NCBI RefSeq assembly: GCF_001194135.2
Contig: NC_068985.1
Span: 6,384,893-6,440,487 of the forward strand
From: Octopus bimaculoides
Lineage: Eukaryota
DNA length: 55,595 nt
Reading direction: 5' to 3'
Shown here: positions 1-13,529 of the stretch, one piece after another
How the letters are laid out: each line of letters starts with the position of its first letter
How positions within the stretch are numbered: the first letter of the stretch is position 1
The notes under the pieces: generated by a model
What the model saw: only the letters and a program-made list of their open reading frames with translations
What the model was told of the DNA's origin: nothing
Database searches by the model: none
Translations under genes and position numbers: made by a program

Positions 1-109
1 ATATATATATATATATATAGACACACACTGTAGTCAGTGGCGTGAAACGTTCTGGGTCCCTCTTTGATACGGATGCTAATTAATATTTTACAACCGATCC
101 ACAACAGGT

Positions 110-345
110 TTCGTTAATGAACTCAGACAAGAGAACACTGCATAAGAAATTAAAGCAAATTCGATGCCGGTTGTAAAGGCTTTGTTGGAGATCCAACCTT
201 CTGTGTTTTATTACAGGGCTAAAAAAGCTGTAGGACCGTTGAAATAAGTGTATGAATCTGGGAGGAGAATATGTTGAATACAATAGTACTTAACTGATCC
301 GCCTGTATTTTCTTTTACCCAAGGCCGTGTACTTTCCACCATATC
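110..345 (+). mobile_element. Mariner transposase C-terminal fragment (decayed)
   Basis: 213-281 reads TGLKKL*DR*NKCMNLGGEYVEY, matching the mariner C-terminal GIxKLVxRWxKCIxxxGxYVE motif; stops and a frameshift are present. Confidence 0.65.
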
Positions 346-1738
346 ATGCACACCGTCGCCTTGATATTTGATATCGACATACTAACTGTATTAACGAAGT
401 GGTTGAGGATTCTACAGAACAGAAGGGGATCCGGAGGAGGAATTTAGAGCCAGCTTGCCGTTGAATAATAAGAAATAAACCATCCCACAACACAGATTCA
501 CTGACAGGTTTTAGCCGACATTAGACTATGTTAAAGTAATTTTCCCAAACGTCCACGCAATATGTTGAACCTAGACCTCCATGGACACGAAGTAGACTTT
601 TAACCGCCCTGTCATGTCTGCTTTAGATAAAGGAGAGAGTTTTCCAGAATATTTACTCAACTTTTATCATAACACGGATTCAGTCCCGTCTCTGAATTTC
701 TTTTCTTTCCATCTTTGATTTCAGCCCAAAGAAAGAATCATTCAACAATAATCCAAACAAGTCTAAAAGGAAGATGGTGGCGATTATAATTTTTTTAATA
801 ATGACTCTTATTCTGTTATTAGCCACGCATTTATACTAAGAGCTACGTACATACACACAGCGATAAATTCACACACACGCAATTATTCATATACACATAC
901 ACGCGCACACACACATGCACTTGAATTCACACCTACATACATATGTTACATTTATATATGCGTATGTGTGTGTATTGATATATAAATACGTGGTTATATA
1001 CATACATATATTAATGATATTCTGATACAGTGATAGAGAAATAGAGACACAGAGATAAAACATCAAAGCTATTTGCTATGCCTGATCTTTTTTCAAACAC
1101 ATTAAAACGAGATGGCTTGTTATCAAATATGAAACTCCAAACGTTATCCGCTTTATGACAAACGCCTGTTGTTCATGTTAGTTTCCTGTTTAGTAAAATT
1201 TCTGTCAGAAATCTGTTTCTAACTGGTATATCTTAGCTGAGCTTGCAATAATTGGTTGTTAGCATTCCGCTATTCAAGATTGACAGAGGGAACATAAATC
1301 AGAAATATATTTTGATGTTTCATTTTAGCTTTCCTCTAACAATATTATCCATAATTTGCAGAGAATGGGCCGTCTTCGCACTAAAAGAAATGGTAAACAT
1401 ATCCACTTTGTTTCAATAAATACCGCTATTCTCTGTACGTCTGAAGTGTCCAAAATAGAAATCGATATGATTTTAATAGAGAGATCAAAGTGTTATATTT
1501 GTGAACAAATGAAATTACACAAAAACCAGACAGTTGAATCAAAACCGAAACTTTTCTCTATTACGGAAGCAGAAAATACTTAGAAAAATAAAATAAAATG
1601 GCTCCTAGCGTGTAGCTAAGTGTTAAATGGCAGGTTGATCCGCTGCCGAAAAATCAAATTTTACTGAACTCTCAAGAAAAAAAAAGAAACGGTATTGAAT
1701 TAGGCACGTTTCATGAACTGCTGACCTGTCACTATTGG

Positions 1739-1762
1739 TTACTACTACTACTACCACTACTA

Positions 1763-1805
<43 letters not shown>

Positions 1806-1923
1806 AACCACCACCACCACCACCACCACCACAACCACTACTACTACTACTGCTACTACCATCACCACCACCACCATCACCATCACCATCAACACTACTA
1901 CTACTACTACTACTACTGCCACC

Positions 1924-1970
<47 letters not shown>

Positions 1971-1978
1971 AACTACTA

Positions 1979-2027
<49 letters not shown>

Positions 2028-2046
2028 TGACGACGACGACGACGAT
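1739..2046. repeat. Compound trinucleotide microsatellite (ACT)n/(ACC)n/(ATC)n/(GAC)n
   Basis: Directly visible; explains the poly-T/Y/D and poly-V ORFs in the track. Confidence 0.97.
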
Positions 2047-3003
2047 GGCAGTGACGCCACCGTCCCTGACGCATGTTCGATATTAAAGAAATATGAGATG
2101 GTAACAGGAAGTGACTCAACCCTGAAAAATCAGCAGTCCTGCAACTCGCCATCAACTAGGTCCATGTCATCCAATGGTGTCGTCAGACTCTGGACGAGGT
2201 CTTCGTTTGGTCGGGAAGTAGAGAAGAACGAGGTGGAGAAAATGGTGATCCAATCTTATCCAGGAATGATCCGGGAGAAAGATTCCTAGAAGGTCAAGCA
2301 GAGGTGGTGGATGCATATATTATTCATTAGCATTTGAACGTCCTTCCCTGACACAGTTCACTTCAGACAGACTGATGCATTTATTCTTCCGCTTCCTGTG
2401 CAGCAAATGTGTTCTTTTACCAAGTGGTTAGTTTATTCTCTTGGTATATTGGGGCTGATGATACTCAGGTATGCACTCAACCTGCCACACCTGCAATGTG
2501 TCCTTGAGTAGGTGCAGGTATAGTCATCGTTTGTCAGACTAGCTTTTCTAGCGGCCATCTCTTTGATTAGATGAAGCGTAGACCAAGGCAGAAATTCTGG
2601 CTCTTAAAGTGCCTCCAGTTCTTTCACAGCCCCCTTTGGGGTTGACATTGCGGTCTGTAGAAGTTCGACTTTTCGTGTTCTATAGAGATATAGTTGCAGG
2701 CAAGAATGAAGACGGACTCGGGAAGATTCTGGGTATCAACCAGAATCAACTAGATGGCCTGCTCTCTAAGATCTAATCCTACACTTTAGTGTTTCACTGT
2801 CATTCTTCAAAGAACAATAGTATATGTTTCTGTTAAGGAGAGGCCCATCGTGAATAAGTATATCCATAAGTCAAAGTTAAGGCTTTGAGCACATATTAGA
2901 AATTAATGTGAATTTTAGTGTGATTACCGCGTTTGATATTAAATGTCCATGAGATTTATTGTACGTCAATCCATATAAAACAAAATATAATATCAGTTAT
3001 ATT

Positions 3004-3222
3004 GATTGCAAATTTTGACAGAAGACCACCAAGCTGGGAGAAGGGCTAGAGTCGATAACGTTGACAAAAGGGCTCGACTGAAACTTAATTTATTGAGCCT
3101 TTGATAACGAAAGGCAAAGTCAACCACGCCAGGAATTTGAGCTCAGAACATAGAGACGGATGGAATACCGCTAAGCATTTTTCATCGGAGTGCTAACTAT
3201 TCTGCCGGCTAGGCACCCTTAT
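3004..3222 (-). mobile_element. tRNA-derived SINE, family A, diverged
   Basis: Reverse complement of the GGCGGTGAGCTGGCAGA...GAGTTCAAATTCC...GGTCGATAAA consensus seen in other copies; flanked by TATCAGT(T/A)ATATT at 2991-3003 and 3227-3239. Confidence 0.8.
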
Positions 3223-4362
3223 ACAGTATCAGTAATATTAGATATGATTGTTCACCTTTAATAAAAAATGTAGTTCATCATACCTGCCACCTATTTCATA
3301 GAGAAATTACTAATGCTACTTAAATGATTGGGAGCATACAAGTTCTGTTATTGTTTCGAAAATTGAGCAAGCCATGTCGACATTGAAAATGTCCATGCTT
3401 ACATCCACTACAAAAATTGAGGAAAATATTTGAAGACGGCACTCTAATGGAACCAAGCTTCTAAATGCTTTCAACTAAAAAGTGCACTGCACGTTTGGTT
3501 GTAATTCGTATTATAACAGAGATGATCACCGTTTGCTAATGAGACACGAATAACATGCACAGAATACTATTTATTTATAATCAGTATAAAGATATTCACA
3601 GTGTATGTGAAAAACTAATATATATTGCTGAGAAATATAAGTAGCTTCCTCTACTATGAACTTCTACAACAAAGGAAATTATTACCGCCACCAGCGGTAA
3701 ATATCGTTTGTACAGAAAAACAGAGAAACAAACATCACTACAACATTATTGTCAATAAAAATGGAGACATCTGTTGCAATAATATAGCTTAATTTTTGGA
3801 GGTTGGAATGTACAAAGGAAATATCCAGTCTTGTCCTCATATGCGCTAGTTCATTAAAATTTATAAAGTCCAATAAAAACAATTTAGTCCAGTAACACAA
3901 ATATTTATATCTTTTCTACCACCGCAACTACTACCATGAAAATCAGAAGTTATTTCTGTTTGCTATCAAATCACAACAAAATCTTGGAAGTATGTGGAGT
4001 TGTATTAAGGACATTCCGGTTAATGATGCTTTTTTTTTTCAAGATATTTAATGAGGTGCAATAAAAATATAAACAAGAAATTGATTCCTTACTAATGCAT
4101 AATTAATTTTATAAATGATTAACCGGGCGTATTATTATGGTGAAGCAAGAGTGGTAATGTGGTTGGCCGCAGTTAAGTTTCTCTCTTATGATCAGGGAAA
4201 ACAAAAATGAAATGATTGATGAGTTACATCCATTTGTTTATTACAAAAACGAAACATGCTTAAAAATAACGAACAAATATACCCACAAGAACAACAATCA
4301 ACACCTCTATTATTTAAGGTACGTCACGTAGCATCACAATTTATGATAAAGATATTAATATT

Positions 4363-4575
4363 GGTTTCAAATTTTGGTACAAGGCCAACAAGTTTTGGGC
4401 AGAAAATAAGCCGACTGCTTCTATCGCAGTGTTCCACTGCAACTTATTTCATCGAACCAGAAATAATAAACGGCAAAGTCAACTGTGCCGAAATTAGAAT
4501 TTAGAAAGGAAAGACGGATGAAAAGCTGCTACGCATTTTGCCCGTGCTGTTTAACGATCCTGCTCGCCCACTACT
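4363..4575 (-). mobile_element. tRNA-derived SINE, family A, old copy
   Basis: GGCAAAGTCAAC...GAAATTAGAATTTAGAA...AAAGACGGATGAAA...CTACGCATTTTG matches the reverse complement of family A; 3' end abuts AATATT. Confidence 0.7.
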
Positions 4576-5559
4576 CTACAAAGGTATTTAAAACTGTGAT
4601 TTAATATAATAACAATCCCCGTTTTGCATACATTTACTCTAAGTAAGATTGCTTAGTGCATATAACGTTTTAAGGATCAGTGATTTTATAACTTCGATAA
4701 ATTTGGCGGTCAACTTCAGATTAGTGAATTTGTAGCGAGATCGAACTGAGTAAAATCTCCGCAGCCGACGATAAGAGCGTTAAAGGAGTGATAGCCACGC
4801 CTGAGCAAACTTTGAATGAAGTCACATATACCCGTCACACTAGTTAGACACGTGTTATGCAATTATTGATTTTCTTTTGGTGGAGGCTAACAGTAGCACG
4901 TCTCACAAATAATTCCAACGGACATTTCCCTCTGTTTCATTCATATAAAGACTAAAATCGAGACATCAAGATATTGGCTTTCTACACATTAATTACAATA
5001 ATTATACAATTTTGTTTTGGGTTAATTGTTGCCGATGCAGACTTAGACCATTTTTCTCTAATAGTGTATTTTACCTTACTAAGAACATTCAGCAACAATT
5101 TGACATCATTACGTTTAGTGTTAATTTCTTCGTCTATGAATTACATAACATCACCACATCTTTAGCACTTTGCTTTGCTTTGTACTACACAGCCATTTAA
5201 CTTTCTAGCATTGTTCCCAGTATAACTTTATATACTGTTCACATGAATTTCTTGTGTATGCCTTCTATGCAACTAGATAGGATTCAGTCAATTTCGACTG
5301 CACTATATACTCTGCAGTTTTCAAAGATACTTGAATATAATCATTCTCTCTCTTCAGTGAAAATAACACATGCCTCTTACAATCTCTTCCACTTGATCTC
5401 TGTATTTTCTGTCTGCATTCTCCTTTTCCTTACTCATATCTACACTAACTACTTCAAACAACCATAATTTTATTCCTTTTCCGAAACCAAAAGCAGTGTA
5501 CTCCACCGACTCTTGTTCCAACCACATCATATCTACACCTGGTACACTCTGAAGATGTA

Positions 5560-6190
5560 CTGATTTCTCCAGTAATTGCAATTCGTAGAATCCGATACTC
5601 GACCCTGTATAGGTATCTTTCGAAACTTTCATTTATTCTAAAGAGTTCTTAAATACCAAGCAGTTCTTTGTTAGTTAAAGTTATAAAGTTGTGACGATTT
5701 ATATACAATGTCAAGGCCTCGTCAGCATAAATCAGTGATATTGCAACCATTTGTACATCTCTGACTTGCCAAATTTCGGCTACCGTAAAATCAAATACCA
5801 TGTAACCAACAAATTAATTTTGCCTGTATCAATATCGAATTTATAACGTGTTGTATATCTCAGAAAGATCAAGAGGAGATCTATTGTATAACTTTTGCTA
5901 ACATATTTTCAATGTTCCTCAAAGTATACAGTATATTGCCTAACTGGCGGCCAGCAATGAACTTTCCTGTCAAATACCCCAGCAACTCTTGTTTATCGCA
6001 TTCCACCAACGTCATGTGCCAACCTCTATCCGACAATACATTGAAGAAGAATTCTGAAATTAATGATGTCTTCCATGTCAGTAATAACATACTAAATCTC
6101 TTTGAATTTCCTCTCCTTGTCCTCACACATAACTCTAGCAACCATGAAGTATTCCGATCTGTATTAGTCTCAAAATAAACCGTTTTCAAT
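5560..6190 (-). mobile_element. Highly decayed non-LTR reverse transcriptase fragment (RTE/L2-like)
   Basis: Minus frames give KFIAGRQLGNILYTLRNIE (cf. GFRxGRSxxDxIFxLRxIxE) and SPLDLSEIYNTL (cf. xLDLSKAYDTL); many stops. Confidence 0.4.
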
Positions 6191-6221
6191 CAATGCTGAT
6201 CCTGTTCTTTTACTCTATGCC

Positions 6222-6426
6222 TCTTTTACTCTTTTACATACTTCAGTCATTTAACTGTGGCCATGCTAGAGCGTCGCCTTTAGTGGAACACATCGACCCC
6301 AAGACTGATTTTTTGCAAGTCTAGTACTTAATATATCAGTCTTTTTTTCTGAACTGCTATAGTACGAGGGAAATAAACACACCAACAATAGTTGTCAAAC
6401 GATGGTGGGCGAAGACAGGCACAAAG

Positions 6427-6472
<46 letters not shown>

Positions 6473-6632
6473 GTACACAAAGGACTTCTTTCAGTTTCCG
6501 TCTACCAAATTCACTCAAAAGGCTTTGGTCGGCTCGAGGCTATAGTAGAAGGCACCTGCCCAAGGTGCCACGCCGTGGGACGAACCCAGAACCATGTGCT
6601 TGGGAAACAAGATTCTTACCACACACCCACTC
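6222..6632 (-). mobile_element. tRNA-derived SINE, family B, with internal (TG)/(TA) microsatellite
   Basis: Tail (rc of ...CATGGCCACAGTTAAATGACTGAAG...AAAAGAG) at left, (CA)n/(TA)n in the middle, and head/body (rc of ...GGCACCTTGGGCAGGTGCCTTCTACTATAGCC...TTGGTAGACGGAAACTGAAAGAAG) at right. Confidence 0.85.
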
Positions 6633-7480
6633 AGACTATATTTATTATCAGCGAGAATCACATTTGTTTGATACAAACGTATACTGTTTCATTCCGGTAC
6701 ACATTCGGTATAGCAGGGATTAGAACGTTTGTTAGTGGGAAATTTTATTGTATCTCAGTCGCAATTTAATGACTAAATAACTACAATTTCATCTATTCGT
6801 TATGAAACATATTATCCAACTTACGAACGGCAAAGCATATAAAAGCTAAATTACACCATTAGTTTCATTGTTTCTCTAGACTGGGTAAATATTGATTCTG
6901 TCACAAACACGCAGATGTATTAGCTATTAAGAAACTCGAAGTCAAGGAATTCATTATTTGACGCCAATTCTTATACTTTATCATATTTTCAAAGTTTGTC
7001 TATATAAACTCTAATGACAAGATAGCAGTTAGGGTTAAGATACACTCAAGATTTGCGTCTCAAGAGGTGTGAGATTCCTGTTTGCACAATGTTTTCGTCT
7101 GCTTTAGACAAATAATTCATTCTCTCAAATTTCATATTTGATTAGAAGCGAAACAATAAGAATGTCTATTCTGAAACAGTGACACCTGTTACCTTCTTGT
7201 CATTTCCGTCTATAAACTGAAAAAATTCTGTGTAATGGTGTGTACAAACAATGGAAGCATTTCTGGAGAAGTAGATGACACCTCAAGTATACCTGGTGGT
7301 AATTATCAAATTTAACGGATGTCAGGTGTTTTATAGTAAAAAAGGATACTACAAAATGTTGGTTTCATTATAATACGTTGTGCTTGAAAAATGGTAAACG
7401 TTTTCCTGATGTAATCTGTAAGTAACAATAAACATATGAAATTTTATATTTCTCTGGACACCCCGATGAATTAGTCACGT

Positions 7481-7526
<46 letters not shown>

Positions 7527-7694
7527 NNNNNNNNNNNNNNNNNNNNNNNNNNNNNNNNNNNNNNNNNNNNNNNNNNNNNNNNNNNNNNNNNNNNNNNNNN
7601 NNNNNNNNNNNNNNNNNNNNNNNNNNNNNNNNNNNNNNNNNNNNNNNNNNNNNNNNNNNNNNNNNNNNNNNNATATATATATATATATATAACA

Positions 7695-8960
7695 TAGTGG
7701 CCGATCTTCAGAAACATGATTTTATTCTGGAAAAGATTAACAATAGAAATGTTTTGATTAGTCAACGTATGAGCCGTGAACATCTATGCATCTCTGTCAT
7801 CGATCAACGAGATTATTTATGCCTTGTTGATAAAAACTTATTGGCTTTGATGCTAAGAAATCTTTGAAAGCTGACTCCAACTCTGGTTTGGACCTGAAGG
7901 TTTTATCACTTAAAAACGTGTTTAAATGCTTAAAAAAACGGTAGTCAGTGGGTGAAAGATCAGGAGAATATGGAGGACGTAGTTTAGTCTCGTATCCCAA
8001 GTCTGAGAGTGTCTGCGGCGTCATTCTTGCAACATCTGGCTTTGCATTATCGTGGAACAGAATTGGACCACGCCGATTCACGAATACAGGTCTCATGTTT
8101 TGCAAGTGAGCATGCATTTCAGCGAGTTGATTGCAGTAAACTTATGTTGTAATACTATGATTGGCTTCCAGAAATCTGAAATGGACAACACCAATTCCAG
8201 ACCACCAGACAGTCACAATAATCTTTTGATGATGCAACTTTGGCTTTGGGAAATGTTTGGGGGACTCATCCCGATCAAGCCATTGACCTGGTTATTTACG
8301 GTTATCACAAATGACTATTCTGTCAAGAAAAGGATCATTGGTGTTTCGTAGTAAGAGCATCGAACACACCTCAAGACACGGAACTTTTTGATTTTCATTG
8401 AGCTAATGCGGTACGTATTCATCGAGCTTTTTCACCCTACCAATATTCTGCAGATTACGTGAGAGCGTTGCAATAACGACACAAAGTGCATGAAATATTT
8501 CTCTGACACTGTGACGTGTGTTTTGTTCAACAATTGCTTTCAATTGTTCATTGTCCTCTATCTTCTTCATCTTCAAAGCTCTCATTACCACTACGGAATT
8601 TCTGAAACCACCTTCACACTGTGCGATCACTTGTGGATCTCCCCTTGCTCTGTTTATATTGGCAGCAGTTTTCAAGGTGTTGTACCCAAGCTTGAACACA
8701 AGCAAGAAAAATAAGGCAACGTCCTTTTTTGTCATGTTCATAATTAAGGACGCTTATACTTCAAGAATGTTTTCTGAAATAAGTAGAACATTATTAAAGA
8801 GCATACATCAATGGTTAAATATGTCGAAATTCACATAAAAAATAACGGAAATGCTATGATAAAATTGCGTTTCAAAATACAACACTTAGAGCGGCCTCTG
8901 AACGTAAGCTGGAAACGTAAAATACATTTTTACTTCTCGAGCATTAAACTAATACATCTG
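7695..8960 (-). mobile_element. Mariner (DD34D-type) transposon, decayed, with internal deletions
   Basis: Track ORFs 8403-8741 (HTH region, KKLDEYVPH cf. WVPHEL) and 7797-8117 (HDNAKPD, PPYSPDLSPTDY, YQQGINNLVDR); TATTAG-type TIR remnant near 8950-8960. Confidence 0.92.
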
Positions 8961-8975
8961 TTTGNNNNNNNNNNN

Positions 8976-9014
<39 letters not shown>

Positions 9015-9049
9015 GTATATATATGTGTGTGTGTGTATGTGTGTGTGTA

Positions 9050-9081
<32 letters not shown>

Positions 9082-9082
9082 C

Positions 9083-9119
<37 letters not shown>

Positions 9120-9319
9120 TAGATAGATAGATAGATAGACAGATAGATATTGTATAAGTTAGTATAAGAATAGAAATAAATAGATAATTATTTATATTTA
9201 TGATTGACATCAACATAATAAAAGCATAAATACAGACATAGATATAACATAAAATTACAACAACTCAAGAAACATATTTATATACTTTTTTGTAAGAAAT
9301 AAGAGTTATGTGAGGCCCT

Positions 9320-9470
9320 TACAGGTACTACTGCTTTTGCCGGCTGAGTGAACTGGGGCAACGTGAAATAAAACGTCTCGTTCAAGGACACAACACACCG
9401 CCAGGTATCGAACACTCGACCTTACGATTGTAAGCCGATTAGCCTAACTACATGTCTACGTGCCTTCAGT
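9320..9470 (-). mobile_element. tRNA-derived SINE, third family (5' part)
   Basis: Minus strand reads GAAGGCACGTAGAC...GTTAGGC...CGTAAGGTCGAGTGTTCGATACCTGGCGGTGTGTTGTGTCCTTGAAC: tRNA-like head with B-box followed by a CORE/V-like body. Confidence 0.65.
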
Positions 9471-10390
9471 ATTTTGGAACTAGCGCTACATCAAATGTGT
9501 TGAGTAAACGCTGTTCTCGAAGTTGTTAGTCCTATGTGGGAAACATTAATTTCATCTGCAAATCGACAGCTTCTCAGAACTGCGCATCGAAAAACGCAGT
9601 TTAAAGAATTTATCCCTCAATTTTGGTCCTCATCATAGGGTAGACCTTTGTTCTATGTTGATAAAAAAATTAACCCTGCATATATTAAGGTAGGGTGAGG
9701 ATCTCTGATATTCGAATCATTTTCAAGGAGAATATTACTCTGGAAAAATAGTTTTGTTGTGTACATGACGCGTTCTTTATAGAAATTCAAATGTAAACCA
9801 ATACGCCAATCATTCCTAAATTACCATTTTCGATATCTCCCGAGCTCATTAGGTTTTATCGTTATACAAAATATATACAGGTAGGGAATTAACTAAAATT
9901 GGTCTTTTGTAAAGTAAAATCTTCATCAGCTATTCAATCAAGCTTGACTATTATGCCAATGAAAATTAATTGACAGAATCCGGTGCGTAGCCAAAGTCTC
10001 CCAAACATTGCTACATATTCATTTCTCTAAGGATGAAGAAGAATATTAAAACAGCTAATTATCAAATTAGTGAAATAATTTCCCTTTTTTTTTAGTCTTT
10101 AGAAGGAACCATAGGACTTCAGTTTTGTTGCTTCAAATAAGAAGAATGTTTCAACATTATATTTAAATTCAGTAAAACGCTCACTGAATTCTTATTTATG
10201 GAGCCACATTCCCTTTGTATCCAATTGCTAGTTTTAATTGCGTGAGGTGAACATTTTATGCGCCCAGCAAGCTGCATATGAATTATCCAAATAGAAAAAA
10301 TCTAGATCAATTGAAACTGGAATATGATACCGGCAGTGTATTATTTACTGTCGAGAATGATTTCAATGAGATTTGTGTCTGTGTGAAGAG

Positions 10391-10399
10391 CGAGGGAGA

Positions 10400-10494
<95 letters not shown>

Positions 10495-10497
10495 CTA
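10391..10497. repeat. (GA)n microsatellite
   Basis: Directly visible. Confidence 0.97.
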
Positions 10498-10744
10498 TCT
10501 CTTAGTAATAATATTGCAATAATTAATTAATTTTTATTTATTGTAAATTTTTCGGATTACCGGGAATGTCGGATGCGAATTCTCTATTTAACATTTCTGT
10601 AACCTGGATTTACTGTGATATTCTATATATTTTTCATGCAATATTTTCAAAAATGCAGTATCGAAAAGCCGTTATCAGTTTGGATGGTATCCGTGGTGAA
10701 AATTCAAAATTGTTATTCTTTATGAAGTACTGTAAGAATTTAAG

Positions 10745-10827
10745 ATGGTTCCAGCTATAATTATTCCGAAACCATCTTCATCGAAGAATCATTCACTGCA
10801 TTCTGAATGTTTGGTAACGAAAGTCAA
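10745..10827 (+). other. Possible first coding exon (unverified)
   Basis: aagATGG Kozak context, open frame MVPAIIIPKPSSSKNHSLHSECLVTKV, consensus donor AA|GTGAGT at 10828; no recognisable homology and no downstream exon found. Confidence 0.2.
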
Positions 10828-12262
10828 GTGAGTATCATTTCAAATATAATTGAAAAATAATGCTACGACAGCGACCACGGTGCACACATCTTTAGATCGT
10901 AATTCTACGAAATTAACGATCTACAGGGAATTCGCAAATACATATAAGCAGCGAGAGATGCTATACTTTCGTTACTTTAGTCTCTGTTGTGATATTGAAA
11001 TGACAAGGTAGACGAATATAGTAAACAATGATACGTAAAGGGAGTAGTTTCCAACGAGGTTTATTTTATATTGAGATAACAATAACGTAAATAACTCAAT
11101 TATGAAATAAAAATAAACAAGTAATAAAATCTTGTTTTGTATACAATAGAGATTTATTGAAATCTATATTTTCAGTTCTTTTTATCTTATATAAAATAAC
11201 TAAGTTTCTATAAAAATAGAAAATGAATATACAGCAACGAAGATTGTGCTGTGAGGTAAAATATACTGCTTGCTGACTTGAAAGTAATTATCTTCGATGC
11301 GAAAATGTGTTACAATTTCTTTGTGGTTTACTAGACAGAAAGAAAAAAATCTCACAAATGATCAAATATAGTTTACGATACCAAATTCAATTTCGTTTGA
11401 AAATTTTATGATCTATAACATTTCATTATGATATTTTTTTCCTCTTTCATATTTTTTATATATTCATTCCTTCCGAAAGGTTAACTTTTGAAAAGTGTGA
11501 AGTAAACAACTTGAATATGTAATATATATTGAAATTGAAAAATGTTGGAAGCTGATTTTCTTAGACAACTGTGACTGATTGATTTTTTTATTATTGTTAT
11601 TATAACAGCAGTATTGTTTAACAATGCCACATTACTCTTAATATTGATGTGCTTGATTCGATGTCAAAATCATCTTCCAAATATATCTTTAAAAAAAGAA
11701 AGAGATACATCCGTTTCGTTCCTAGATTTTCAATTCTTTAGTGTTGCAGCTTAATATTCTATCCACCTCTCTCCACCCCTCTGTCTCTATACACACGCAC
11801 ATTCGCTCACACACAAACACAGGCAAACACATATAATTATTTGTATATAAAATTTCCTGTGTGCGTGTGTTGTAATTTAAGAGAAACAGTAAAAGGTTAT
11901 CATCATAGAACTCGGAGTTTCGAATGTCGTAGCGAAGAGCTACGATATATTCTCGTCGTTTATTAATAGCAACAGACGCTATGAAAAACCTTTAAATAAA
12001 AGGGAAATAACTCTAAAATCTGGAAAAAGAAAAAATGATAAAAAATACACGCAACCATATTCTCACAATACCTAAACATAACGTCTACATACTTACACAC
12101 TCACACAAACATGTATATGTACATGCACAAACACACACACGCAAACATATATGTATGTACGTACACATACATACACACATATCCACACACACGCACGCAC
12201 ACATANNNNNNNNNNATATATACATACATATATATGTATATTATGTAACTACTACTTTCACA

Positions 12263-12710
12263 CTACTTCAGCAACGCCGTCTCTGCTCGCTGGGACACGT
12301 GTACCGGATGCCTGATGGGAGTATACCGAAAGATATACTGTATGGGGAGCTAGTTTCCGGCAGACGTGCTCACGGTCAACAGCATCTCAGTTTCATGGAT
12401 GTGTGCAAACGTGACATGAAGATCATGAGTAGGAATACTAAAACCTGGGAAAACTTGGCAAAAGCCCGTTCCTGCTGGCGACAGACGCTGAGTACCGCCC
12501 TGAGGGAAGGAAATCTCATACGTCTAACACCAGAGGAAAGATGGAGACGTAGGAAGACCGAACCACCAACAAACGACCAACCGCATTTGCGACTGTTGCA
12601 GCCTTGACTGTCACGCACGCATTCGCCTTGTCAGTCACAAACGATGCTGTAAAACCAATCCAATCCAAGGTGCAGATCCATAGTCTTTCGAGACTAACGG
12701 ATCAGAATCT
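12263..12710 (+). mobile_element. RTE/RTE-X LINE 3' end
   Basis: QRRLCSLGHVYRMPDGSIPKDILYGEL...MDVCKRDMK is a typical RTE C-terminus, followed by the zinc finger CSLDCHARIRLVSHKRC and a 3' UTR TCCATAGTCTTTCGAGACT. Confidence 0.9.
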
Positions 12711-12732
12711 TATATATATATATACAGAGAGA

Positions 12733-12766
<34 letters not shown>

Positions 12767-13209
12767 TATTTGTAAGAAGTACCGAATACAATATCGATTT
12801 CATGTCATGAGTACAAGTTCAACTCATGTTTTGATGTTTTGTGCAATCATTAGGGTTCATCGTCAAATAATAGTGCATATTTATAATAGTCAGCAATTGA
12901 ATACGAGGCACTATACTCGAGAATTTGTGTGTATGTGTGTGTGTGTGTGTGTGTGCGTGGCTTATAGTAAATATGCTTTTAATTTCATGAGGCTATATAG
13001 TGGATGCAACTAACAAGTTAACCAGAGACCGCAAACGATACCAAATGACAGCTATGAAAATGTTATGACACCCCTTGGATAAAGAAATGCATATACAGAT
13101 ATACGTAAGAGAACCAGGCGTATTCAGGAGCAATATTCAAGTCTAATGTATATGTTAGCCTTGTATCGTGGAATATCCTAATGTAAAAGAGAGTGTTATA
13201 TGGTCTTAG

Positions 13210-13385
13210 GCCTGTCTGGGTGGTCAGGAGAAAGCTTCTGAATCACATGGTTCGGGGTTCTACATCACTGCATTTGCAGCTGGGGCAAGCGTCTTATAAT
13301 ATAACATCGGGATAACCGATATCTTGTAAGTGAATTTGGTAGACGGAAACTGAAAGTCACCCGTCGTGTATACACACACACACAA
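13210..13385 (+). mobile_element. SINE family B, 5' half
   Basis: CACATGGTTCGGGGTTC...GGGCAAGCGTCTT...GAATTTGGTAGACGGAAACTGAAAG followed by a TA/CA repeat. Confidence 0.75.
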
Positions 13386-13479
13386 ACTGTACTCTACCAA
13401 ATCTGGAAAAAGCTGTAAAGGAGTTAGAGAATAAGCAAGAGGAGGTACAGGAGAACGAAAAGAAAAAGGAAGAACTACG

Positions 13480-13498
13480 GACAATGGACTAGGGAAGA

Positions 13499-13529
<31 letters not shown>

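Noticed and set aside
1354-1397. Possible 31 nt micro-exon (tttgcag|...|gtaaac); QRMGRLRTKRNG resembles helicase motif VI of FANCM-type proteins
   Set aside because: Weak donor, only five residues match, and no other helicase motifs in the window.
1735-2289. 184 aa poly-Thr/Tyr/Asp ORF (mucin-like) and the antisense poly-Val ORF
   Set aside because: Produced by the trinucleotide array; no signal peptide or recognisable domain.
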